From a virus (lineage: Duplodnaviria; Caudoviricetes): DNA of 41,279 nt. A model generated the notes under the pieces. That model searched no databases. It was given only the letters and a program-made list of their open reading frames with translations, and had not been told where the DNA came from. The DNA lies in the IMG/VR virus record IMGVR_UViG_3300024287_000002, positions 1 through 41,279 of that record; one strand, 5' to 3'. Below are positions 26,694 through 33,906 of the stretch, piece by piece; the first letter of the stretch is position 1, and each line of letters opens with the position of its first letter. The position numbers and the translations under genes were made by a program.

Positions 26694-27026
26694 TTAGATG
26701 CAGAGTTGATCGCGCGCCGTCTCGATGCGCCGGGTCAGGAAGATGAGCCGATCGGTCGCCTGGTCCAATTGCTCGCTGACCTTGCATGCGCCGATCGGAC
26801 GCGGATTGCTGTCCTTCTCGCTTTCCGCCTCTTGCCGCGAAACAGGCGCCAGCCGGTCGATCAGGTCATCGGCCAAAGCGCTCAGGAACCCGATGCGCTC
26901 GGACAGATCCGCGGTCGAGCGCTCGACCGGCGAACGATCTTGGCCAATGGCGGCGTTCTGGAAGGCGGCGGAACCGGCTGCGATGCCTGCGATCCGGTTC
27001 ATGCTAATGAGTTGTTGGTCGTGCAT
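26694..27026 (-). CDS. Hypothetical coiled-coil protein
   Basis: AAGGAGA RBS; 110 aa. Confidence 0.7.
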   Translation of the reverse strand: MHDQQLISMNRIAGIAAGSAAFQNAAIGQDRSPVERSTADLSERIGFLSALADDLIDRLAPVSRQEAESEKDSNPRPIGACKVSEQLDQATDRLIFLTRRIETARDQLCI

Positions 27027-27086
27027 GCTCTCTCCTTGAGTTGGTCCTGCAGTTAGCGCTCGCGCGCGAAATGGTCTCTATGCCGC

Positions 27087-27332
27087 CTACTTTTTGATCA
27101 CACGTCCAAGCACCGCTCCCTCAGGCAGCCGATACCAAGCAAACAACGTCTCCAACGGTACGCCGCACCTCTGCTGGATCATGTCGACCGTGGCCATGTT
27201 CATGCCGGTTTGCTTCCCACTGTGGATCCGGCTTACCTTGCCGTTGTCGAGCCCAAGGGCAACGGCGCATTGCGCGTGCGTGCGCGATTTCGTCCACTGC
27301 ATGAGGCCTTCTAGGACGTGTTTGGTGGTCAT
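27087..27332 (-). CDS. Small HTH-like protein
   Basis: AQCAVALGLDNGKVSRIHSGK HTH pattern; coupled to the upstream gene. Confidence 0.6.
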   Translation of the reverse strand: MTTKHVLEGLMQWTKSRTHAQCAVALGLDNGKVSRIHSGKQTGMNMATVDMIQQRCGVPLETLFAWYRLPEGAVLGRVIKK

Positions 27333-27988
27333 GCCACCTCCAAGTTGTCAGCTCGCCCCAGGCGCAGCATCTCCGATGCCTGAGGCAGTTCTGTCGCCAG
27401 CAAGCGAAGTGACTCGGCGCCGCCCTTGTATACGGAGATCGCCTTGGCCTGATCACCCAGCAGCAGAATCCGCGGCTGCGCCTGAATGCTGCGTTCTGCG
27501 TTCTGCGCCTCCGCGATGCCGATCAGCTTGCGCGGGTACTCCGGCACTTCCGCGCGCATCGCAAAGCCCCGGTAGCGGTTCTGGAACTCCTTGGCGACGA
27601 AGACGAATTCCTCTTCGCTCGGGCAGCTACCCAGCTTCACCCAGCCGCCCATGTCGCTGATGACGCGGTGGATGATCGGGTCGTCAAACGCCACGGTCTC
27701 GTAGGTGCCGATGCTGCGGATCGCGCGGTCGACCTTCGACCAGGCGGACAATGCCGCATCGTTGCTGGTGCCGCCGATCATCCGCACCACGTCGGCCGGC
27801 TTGGGCAGGAACTGGCCGCTGTCCGGGTTGACGGCGTGCCGGCTGAACGCGCCCGATACAGCGGCGAAGTCGTACGGCCTCATGGCCTCCCACCAGACGT
27901 TGCCGGCGAAGGCGGAGAAGGGCTGCTTGTAGAACGCGAACACGTCTGCGAGCAGGGTCAGGAACTGCTCCTTGTCGGCAGGCTTCAT
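27329..27988 (-). CDS. Replication-associated protein (DUF6475-like, helicase-loader position)
   Basis: GQFLPKPADVV, V.FDDPIIHRVISDMGGW and EF..RY motifs; directly after the initiator. Confidence 0.75.
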   Translation of the reverse strand: MKPADKEQFLTLLADVFAFYKQPFSAFAGNVWWEAMRPYDFAAVSGAFSRHAVNPDSGQFLPKPADVVRMIGGTSNDAALSAWSKVDRAIRSIGTYETVAFDDPIIHRVISDMGGWVKLGSCPSEEEFVFVAKEFQNRYRGFAMRAEVPEYPRKLIGIAEAQNAERSIQAQPRILLLGDQAKAISVYKGGAESLRLLATELPQASEMLRLGRADNLEVA

Positions 27989-28839
27989 TGCGGATTACCT
28001 CCCTCTGCGGCCAGCATGCGCGCGACCACGGCGCGGTTTGCCAGCTCAAGCTGCTCCTGGCGGTTAGGCCCACCACCGACTGGCGGAAGAGATGCCGGCC
28101 TGGCGCTCGTTTGCGAACGTTCGTTGCGAACCCATGTGCGCCAGGTGGCTGGCCAATCGGCTTTGCGAGCATCCACTCCGGCCTTGGCGTGCCAGTAGTC
28201 GCGGAAGTTCTCGGCCACGCGCTCGGGGTCAAGCTCGGGACGCTGCTCGCGGCAGTAGGCGATGTCCTTGTCCGATGGCTTCCAGTCAGAAGGCAGGCGC
28301 GAAGCGCGTGCGTCCTTGGGTTGCCTTGGCTTTTCCTCGGCAGGCTCGGGTTGTGCTCGCGGCGCCTCTTCTGAAGGGAATCCGGAATCAGGAATCAGGT
28401 TAAGGGAATCAGGAATCAGCCCGGCTCGTTCCGGAATTTCCGGTTCTTGCACCATGCGACGCACGGTACTAGCACTGTTCTTTACCGATACTTCCTTTGC
28501 TTCCTGGGGAGCGCTGTCTGGTGCCGGAATGGTGCTCGCAGCTTCCTTTACGTGCGGGTTCTGGTGTTTGTGCCATTTGACGATCTGGATGTACGCCTTG
28601 CCATCGACCGTGTAACGCTGGATGAAACCGTGCTTGTCCAGTGCTGAAAGCAGTTCGTCCACGTTGCAGCTGTCGAACGGGAGGATCTTGGCCTTGATCT
28701 GTTTCGGCCGGTCCTCCAGGCGCCCTTCTCGGTCAGCAATGGTCCACAGGCCCGCGAACAACAGGCGCCCGAGCGGGTCGACTTCCGCCAGCTCGTCGTT
28801 CGTGAAGAATCCAGGCTTGATGTTGCGAGCGCGTGCCAT
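27985..28839 (-). CDS. Phage replication initiator protein
   Basis: MARARNIKPGFF...RLLFAGLWTIADREGRLEDRP N-terminus; C-terminal FRDYW...KADWPATWRTWVRN. Confidence 0.88.
   Translation of the reverse strand: MARARNIKPGFFTNDELAEVDPLGRLLFAGLWTIADREGRLEDRPKQIKAKILPFDSCNVDELLSALDKHGFIQRYTVDGKAYIQIVKWHKHQNPHVKEAASTIPAPDSAPQEAKEVSVKNSASTVRRMVQEPEIPERAGLIPDSLNLIPDSGFPSEEAPRAQPEPAEEKPRQPKDARASRLPSDWKPSDKDIAYCREQRPELDPERVAENFRDYWHAKAGVDARKADWPATWRTWVRNERSQTSARPASLPPVGGGPNRQEQLELANRAVVARMLAAEGGNPQ
28377..28417. repeat. 7-bp-period GGAATC repeats in the initiator linker (candidate origin iterons)
   Basis: GGAATC at 28377, 28384, 28391, 28405 and 28412. Confidence 0.5.
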
Positions 28840-29375
28840 TATTGTTCCTTGATCTTGTTCCAGCAGATGCCGCAGAAGTAGCGGAAGCGGCCACTCTCCC
28901 TGCTCGGGCCGCGCGCGAAAACTATTTCTGCCGCGTCGATCACTTCGTGCAACGGCAGCTTTGAGTTGAAATGTTTGATGGATTGCAGCCAATCGCGAGA
29001 CATCCCGTCGATGCTTGATTCCGGGATCAGGGCGTCTGCAACCCTCCACATGTCATCCTCGATGCGGTCCAGCTGCCGCTGCATAACTTCGCGGTAGCCG
29101 GCAATCTGCTTCTCGTGCTCCGCGATCTCGGCCGCTTTCTCGGCAAGGCTCTTAGGCACGACATTGAGAGGTATTCCGGCCTTGCCGCGGTTACAGTCGA
29201 AGCAGGCCGTGATCAGGTTGTCGATGTCGTTTGTGCCGCCATTGCAAACCGGATCGATGTGGTCGACCTCAAGCAAAGCCTTGGGCGGGACCGCTCCGCA
29301 GTACTGGCAGCAGAATCCATCGCGCTTGAAGACTTCGAAGCGCGTCTTCTTGCTGAGCTGGATGCGTTCGCTCAT
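28839..29375 (-). CDS. HNH endonuclease
   Basis: RFEVFKRDGFCCQYCG, LEVDHI.P...GG and NLITACFDCNRGK motifs. Confidence 0.92.
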   Translation of the reverse strand: MSERIQLSKKTRFEVFKRDGFCCQYCGAVPPKALLEVDHIDPVCNGGTNDIDNLITACFDCNRGKAGIPLNVVPKSLAEKAAEIAEHEKQIAGYREVMQRQLDRIEDDMWRVADALIPESSIDGMSRDWLQSIKHFNSKLPLHEVIDAAEIVFARGPSRESGRFRYFCGICWNKIKEQ

Positions 29376-29599
29376 CCCAACTTCCCCTGTAGCCCGCTCA
29401 GCGCGCGCAGATGGCCGACCGCCACCTTTTGCGCGTACGGCCTGAGTCTGACCAGCGACACGACCGCTTGCGCCACGTCAGAACCGTGGGCGCCGGCGAG
29501 CGCATCATTGACGATGGGGGAACGTGTCGGCAGCGAAATGGGCGCGCACACTTCCGCGCACAGGCAGTCGGTCGGGTGTTCGATGGCTACGAATTGCAT
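29372..29599 (-). CDS. Hypothetical protein
   Basis: AAGGAGG RBS before MQFVAIEHP; ATGA-coupled to the HNH gene. Confidence 0.6.
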   Translation of the reverse strand: MQFVAIEHPTDCLCAEVCAPISLPTRSPIVNDALAGAHGSDVAQAVVSLVRLRPYAQKVAVGHLRALSGLQGKLG

Positions 29600-29784
29600 G
29601 CTGCCTCCTTGTGTTGTCGTTTTTGTGTCCACAGCGCGTGCTGGCGGCCCCACTCTTCTTGGTAGGTGCTGATGGCCTCGCGGGCGTGCCAGTTGAAGCC
29701 GTGGCCGTCGCGGCCCTTGCCGGCCACGAAGTCGCGGTGGGCCTTTTCGCGGATCAGGTCGTGCGGGATGATTGGGTCATCCAC
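29587..29784 (-). CDS. Hypothetical protein downstream of cro
   Basis: GTG start overlapping the end of cro; 65 aa. Confidence 0.65.
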   Translation of the reverse strand: MDDPIIPHDLIREKAHRDFVAGKGRDGHGFNWHAREAISTYQEEWGRQHALWTQKRQHKEAACNS

Positions 29785-29989
29785 GGGGTAGCTCTTCCGT
29801 TTGACGCTTGGCGAGCAGCTGCCTGAAGATCTTTGGCCTCGCTGCCTTAAGAAACTTCAGCTGGGCCTTTGGGATGCCATTGTTCTTCCACTGCGACACA
29901 GCACTTTTGCTGATCTCGCAGATCTTGGCGGTTTCCGATGGGCCGCCGAAAGCTTCGATTACCTCCTCGGCGCTTGGCTCTTTTGTCAT
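29777..29989 (-). CDS. cro: Cro-like repressor
   Basis: VIEAFGGPSETAKICEISKSAVSQWKNNGIP HTH; divergent from the repressor. Confidence 0.88.
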   Translation of the reverse strand: MTKEPSAEEVIEAFGGPSETAKICEISKSAVSQWKNNGIPKAQLKFLKAARPKIFRQLLAKRQTEELPRG

Positions 29990-30023
29990 TTTTCAGCTCA
30001 TTTTTTTGTTGAACGATGAGCTG

Positions 30024-30053
30024 AGTATAGAACTCTAAACGCCGATAAGTCAA
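30024..30053 (-). promoter_or_regulatory. PR-like promoter driving cro and the replication/late arm
   Basis: Minus strand TTGACT-18 bp-TATACT, overlapped by operators. Confidence 0.8.
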
Positions 30054-30088
30054 GCACTCTATACGATCAAATGTTTAGAATCCTAAAT
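30025..30088. promoter_or_regulatory. Three 16-bp operators (OR-like)
   Basis: GTATAGAACTCTAAAC (30025), GTCAAGCACTCTATAC (30049) and GTTTAGAATCCTAAAT (30073); 24-bp period; consensus GTWTAG-N4-CTAWAC. Confidence 0.85.
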
Positions 30089-30514
30089 ATGAATCTATTG
30101 TCAGAACGACTAGCTTATGTCTACAAGGAAAGACCCGACCTTGAGGGGGACAGGGGGCAGACTGGACTTGTGCGCGCATCGGGCGCTTCGAGGGCGGTCG
30201 TCAACCAGTGGTTGAACGACAAGATCAAATCGATGGATATCCTCTATGCGCTGCAAATTGAGAACACGCTTGGTTTCTCGCACATATGGCTTATGACTGG
30301 GCTTGGCGAGCCGATGGCGAAGCCCGGGGCCCGAATTTCACTGATTGGGAAGGCTGATCAGGAGCAGACGCGCTTGACCCTGGCTACATCGGACGAGCTT
30401 GATTTGCTCGACCTATACCGGCGATCAACTGATCGGGGCCGGGACGAAATCCAACGCGCCGCTAGACTCACTCCTAAACGAAACATTGCCGGGCTGGGCA
30501 GCAACGAGGCGTAA
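30089..30514 (+). CDS. cI: CI-like immunity repressor (HTH, no S24 peptidase domain)
   Basis: LSERL...QTGLVRASGASRAVVNQWL...WLMTGLGEP HTH; divergent from cro; short helical C-terminus. Confidence 0.85.
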   Translation: MNLLSERLAYVYKERPDLEGDRGQTGLVRASGASRAVVNQWLNDKIKSMDILYALQIENTLGFSHIWLMTGLGEPMAKPGARISLIGKADQEQTRLTLATSDELDLLDLYRRSTDRGRDEIQRAARLTPKRNIAGLGSNEA

Positions 30515-30631
30515 GAGCGGTCGCTGTCTTGGATATTGCCGCGCTCTGTCCCTCGCTGTCGCCAGCGTAAATTCTTGCGCTTCATCATCCATCGAGTGAA
30601 ACAGCGCAACAAGTTCGTCAACATCTGCCAT
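30425..30631 (-). CDS. Small protein convergent with and overlapping cI (candidate antirepressor)
   Basis: AGGAG RBS; MADVDELVALFHSMDDEAQEFTLATARDRARQYPRQRPLLRLV...; overlaps the cI 3' end by 90 bp. Confidence 0.6.
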   Translation of the reverse strand: MADVDELVALFHSMDDEAQEFTLATARDRARQYPRQRPLLRLVAAQPGNVSFRSESSGALDFVPAPIS

Positions 30632-30817
30632 CTTGAAACTCCTACAAGCCACCAAGGCGCCAGTAGGAATGATCCTACTACGTGCATTGAGTTATATCAG
30701 GTCTTTCTTAACAGATATTCACAAATTACCACTGTACGTACTGAACAAGCAAAAAAAGTGACCTACGGAGAGGGTCAGACACAACATTTACATTTTGAAA
30801 CGGCTGAGAATCGCGCG

Positions 30818-31060
30818 ATGGCGATTCCCCCGGACAAAACCCATACAAAGAGAACAGTGCGGCTACCAGACAGCCTGTGGGATCGTGCGCAAGCCGAGGC
30901 CACCAAGAACGGACGGAGTCTGAATGCCGAGATTACTGCGAAGCTGATCGAGGCATACGCGCAACCGACATTGGCGGACATCGGGCAAAAGCAAGACGAG
31001 ACGCGCAGACTTGTGCGCCAAGTGCTTGATGAAATCGAGGCGCTGAATTTGAGAAAGTAG
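30818..31060 (+). CDS. Arc-family ribbon-helix-helix regulator
   Basis: RTVRLPDSLWDRAQAEATKNGRSLNAEITAKL motif. Confidence 0.85.
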   Translation: MAIPPDKTHTKRTVRLPDSLWDRAQAEATKNGRSLNAEITAKLIEAYAQPTLADIGQKQDETRRLVRQVLDEIEALNLRK

Positions 31061-31119
31061 CTATTGTGTAAGCTGTGGCGCTGCGGCACGCCTGGATGCC
31101 GACCGTGGGGAGTAGAATA

Positions 31120-31500
31120 ATGAAAAGAGTGACCGCCTTCCTAATCATCGCTTCATCAGTCGCAGGCTGCGCGACTGCTAGCAAAGACATTGCCAGCAGC
31201 TACGTTTCTCCCGTCGTATACCAATCGTATGATTGCCAACAAATCGCAGAGGAAACGGCTCGCATACATGCTCGCGCTACCCAGCTTGGCGGTCGTTTGG
31301 ATGAAGCGGCCAGCAACGACAAGACTATTACGGGCGTCGGCGTGATCATCTTCTGGCCGGCATTGTTTGCTCTCGGCGGCACCAAGGCACAAGAAGCCGA
31401 ATACGCTGCCTTGAAGGGGCAGGCTGACGCAATCAATCATGCCTCTATAGAAAAGAAATGCAGCGCTGCTAGTAGCCCGATGAACGTCGCTCTAAGATAA
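31120..31500 (+). CDS. Lipoprotein in the immunity region (candidate superinfection exclusion)
   Basis: MKRVTAFLIIASSVAGC lipobox; YVSP..Y..YDC motif; internal hydrophobic segment; GGGGAG RBS. Confidence 0.75.
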   Translation: MKRVTAFLIIASSVAGCATASKDIASSYVSPVVYQSYDCQQIAEETARIHARATQLGGRLDEAASNDKTITGVGVIIFWPALFALGGTKAQEAEYAALKGQADAINHASIEKKCSAASSPMNVALR

Positions 31501-31517
31501 GTCAGCCTCCCCATATG

Positions 31518-31546
31518 AAAGAGCCCGCCTTGAGCGGGTTTTTTTT
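31518..31546 (+). terminator. Rho-independent terminator ending the immunity operon
   Basis: CCCGC/GCGGG stem (extendable by G-U pairs) followed by T8. Confidence 0.85.
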
Positions 31547-31576
31547 GTCTCTGTTACAAATTTTTTTGTCCTTTGC

Positions 31577-31617
31577 GTTTAGAGTTCTTGACGTGTAATG
31601 GTTTAGGGTTCTATACT
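31577..31617 (+). promoter_or_regulatory. PL-like promoter with two operators
   Basis: TTGACG(31588)-18 bp-TATACT(31612); operators GTTTAGAGTTCTTGAC (31577) and GTTTAGGGTTCTATAC (31601), 24 bp apart. Confidence 0.85.
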
Positions 31618-31698
31618 TATCTCCATCGACACAAGCACAGCAACCGCTGGGCTGACGGAGCCGGCGCATGGGGCGCGGCGAGAGATGAGAAGGAGAAG

Positions 31699-31929
31699 AT
31701 GATGGACGAAGTGGACGGCGATTACTGGTACATCCATCGGCACGAACTGGAATGCGGGCAAATTTTCCGCACGTTCGATGGCTCGCTTGTGAAGCTGGAC
31801 CGCACCGTGCCTGGCGATGGAACCAAATGGTGCGTGGCCGACTGGCACAACGGCTGGAGCTACTACGACAGCACGATTGAGCCGGGTGATCTCCGCAGCA
31901 TGCCGTTGCCCGAACCTTCAGTCGCCTAA
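31699..31929 (+). CDS. Hypothetical protein (first gene of the early PL operon)
   Basis: AAGGAG RBS; VKLDRTVPGDGTKWCVADW. Confidence 0.75.
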   Translation: MMDEVDGDYWYIHRHELECGQIFRTFDGSLVKLDRTVPGDGTKWCVADWHNGWSYYDSTIEPGDLRSMPLPEPSVA

Positions 31930-31968
31930 CACCAACCCGCGCCCTTCGGGGCGCCACTGGAGACCGCG

Positions 31969-32172
31969 ATGCCGATCATCACCCTCGAACAGCAAGGCTA
32001 CCGCTTCCTGCTCAGCCAGGACGGGCACCACGCCGACTGGATTCATCCGCTGGAGGTCGCGACTCGCCCTGGCTGGACCGACTGCACCTGCATGGACGAC
32101 GAAGAGCTGCAGCGGCTGATCGCGGAACGACAGGACGCGAGCGCGCGTCTCATCGGCATCACGGTGCATTGA
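31969..32172 (+). CDS. Hypothetical protein
   Basis: GGAG RBS; WIHP...WTDCT.MDD. Confidence 0.7.
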   Translation: MPIITLEQQGYRFLLSQDGHHADWIHPLEVATRPGWTDCTCMDDEELQRLIAERQDASARLIGITVH

Positions 32173-32183
32173 GGAGACCAGCC

Positions 32184-32546
32184 ATGGCACGCGACATCAG
32201 CCACGAGGAAGCGCGCGACGAGAAGATCGACGAGCTGACCTTCCACCACTACACGAAGCTGCGCGCGCAGCTGCAGGCCGGTAACGATCAATTGGCGAGC
32301 GCCATCGGTGAGTCCATCGCCCAGCACATGAGCGACGACATCTGCAACGAGCAGATGATCTATGCGGTGATGCCGAACGGCGGATCAGCATCGCCACGGT
32401 ACAAGAAGCTGATCGAAAACGCGCTGGAAGCAATGGCTGAAGTCGAGGCGGTCAAGGAAGTCGAGCGGCTGGAAAAGGATCGCCAGGAATCGCAGGACGA
32501 AGCAAGGGCCGACCGGGCCGTGATGGACCGGGCGATGAACGGATAA
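32184..32546 (+). CDS. Hypothetical protein
   Basis: GAGGAG RBS; helical 120 aa. Confidence 0.75.
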   Translation: MARDISHEEARDEKIDELTFHHYTKLRAQLQAGNDQLASAIGESIAQHMSDDICNEQMIYAVMPNGGSASPRYKKLIENALEAMAEVEAVKEVERLEKDRQESQDEARADRAVMDRAMNG

Positions 32547-32851
32547 CTCAACTGGCAGAGCGCCCGACTGGCTCCCGTAAGGAGCCACCACAGAGCAAGG
32601 GCGGCGTGGAAAGCAGACACGCACCCGATTCGGCTTAAGTGCCGAACGCAGTAATCAACTTCGGGTCCTGATACCGGGACATGGCCAGTTGAAGCTGGAG
32701 TAGCGCCCAGCCCCTTGCTCTGTGGTGAATGGCGCAGTGCTGATGCGCCACGGCGAACGCAATCATGAGGATGGATAACCGTCCCGCATGTTGCTCAGTA
32801 CCCGGCCAAAGGCCACGGCAAGCCGGAGAATCCAGCACCGGCCACCACAAC
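32541..32851 (+). ncRNA. Structured intergenic RNA array with tRNA-like folds
   Basis: Perfect 16-bp stem 32586-32601/32712-32727 enclosing D-like and T-like arms; second fold 32721-32849; tRNA D-arm-like fragment and a CCA-ended hairpin at 32541-32590. Confidence 0.65.
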
Positions 32852-32880
32852 AACCAACAACCAAAAATCCGGAGAAAGCC

Positions 32881-33423
32881 ATGCTGAACCTGAATGAAGA
32901 TGATGTGAAGGTCGCGATTGTCCAGAAAGTCGCTGACGAGATCCTGCATCGCGACGACGACATTTCCACGCTCGTTGCTAAGGAAGTGAAGGCGCGTCTG
33001 GACAAGATTTTTCTCGACAGAGCACAGGCCCAGATCGAGGCAGCCATCAGCGATGCCGTCCAAGGAAGCTTCGACCGTGAGTATCAGCGCGTCACGGCAT
33101 GGGGAGAGCCCGAAGGATCAAAGACGACTATCCGCGCCGAGCTGCTCAAAACGGTGAATGGCTACTGGAGCGCCCGCGTAAGCGCGCGCAACGGTGAACC
33201 GTCGAGTAGTAGCTACGACAGCGTGACCCGCGCCCAATATGTGATGACGCAGGTCTGCGCCAAAGACTTCATTGAGCACATGGAGCAGGCCGCCACGAAC
33301 GTCACCGGCGCCCTCAAGGACGGCCTGCGAGTGCAGCTGGCGCAACACATGGACAAACTGCTCAACGGCCTGTTCCACGTAAAGAGCTTGCAGGACCAGG
33401 GCAAGGTCGAAAAGCCATATTGA
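32881..33423 (+). CDS. Hypothetical protein
   Basis: GGAG RBS; 180 aa, helical; flanked by 19-bp direct repeats. Confidence 0.8.
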   Translation: MLNLNEDDVKVAIVQKVADEILHRDDDISTLVAKEVKARLDKIFLDRAQAQIEAAISDAVQGSFDREYQRVTAWGEPEGSKTTIRAELLKTVNGYWSARVSARNGEPSSSSYDSVTRAQYVMTQVCAKDFIEHMEQAATNVTGALKDGLRVQLAQHMDKLLNGLFHVKSLQDQGKVEKPY

Positions 33424-33467
33424 TCAGCACCGGCCACCACAACCCAAACAACAACCCGGAGAACAGA

Positions 33468-33692
33468 ATGAAATTCAAAGTTTATGGAACCGTGAAAGTG
33501 GGCGTCACCGTGACGGTCGATGCCGACGACGAGGAAAGCGCAATCGAAGCCGCCTACGAAGAGTTCGGCGGTCTGTCAGGGTATATCGGGAATGGCGGCA
33601 GCGATCAGTTAGTTGGAGTCCATAACCCGAACGTATCGCTTGACGTTGGTGAAGATGAAGGCGACTTCATCGAGGCTGAACAGGTCAACTAA
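33468..33692 (+). CDS. Small acidic hypothetical protein
   Basis: GGAG RBS; MKFKVYGTV...VDADDEESAIEAA. Confidence 0.75.
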   Translation: MKFKVYGTVKVGVTVTVDADDEESAIEAAYEEFGGLSGYIGNGGSDQLVGVHNPNVSLDVGEDEGDFIEAEQVN

Positions 33693-33726
33693 AGCCAGCG
33701 CAAAAAACAACAACAGGAGAACCGCC

Positions 33727-33906
33727 ATGCAAACCGTGATCTACCAGTGCAAACCGCCCGCTGACCATCCCGACCAGCGGCTGCTGAACGCGCCCGCGGC
33801 GTTCTTGTCGGCTCTGCGCAAGCTGGGTTACACGATCGTCGCGTTCGAGCCGAAGGCCGAGACTGTTCGCGGGATCGATCTTTCGAAGAAGGCGGGGAAG
33901 GCATGA
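33727..33906 (+). CDS. Hypothetical protein
   Basis: AGGAG RBS; ATGA-coupled to the next gene. Confidence 0.65.
   Translation: MQTVIYQCKPPADHPDQRLLNAPAAFLSALRKLGYTIVAFEPKAETVRGIDLSKKAGKA

Noticed and set aside
30731-30749. Possible LexA box upstream of the antisense ORF (CTGTACGTACTGAACAAG)
   Set aside because: Only the left half matches CTGT-N8-ACAG; the right half is off in spacing and sequence, so SOS control cannot be claimed
30536-30817. N-terminal extension of the Arc-like ORF (174-aa call)
   Set aside because: The extension overlaps the antisense gene and AT-rich regulatory DNA; the Arc domain starts right after ATG 30818
32541-32851. Functional canonical tRNA gene(s)
   Set aside because: No GTTCRA T-loop or proper 7-nt anticodon loop in a complete cloverleaf; reported as tRNA-like structure instead
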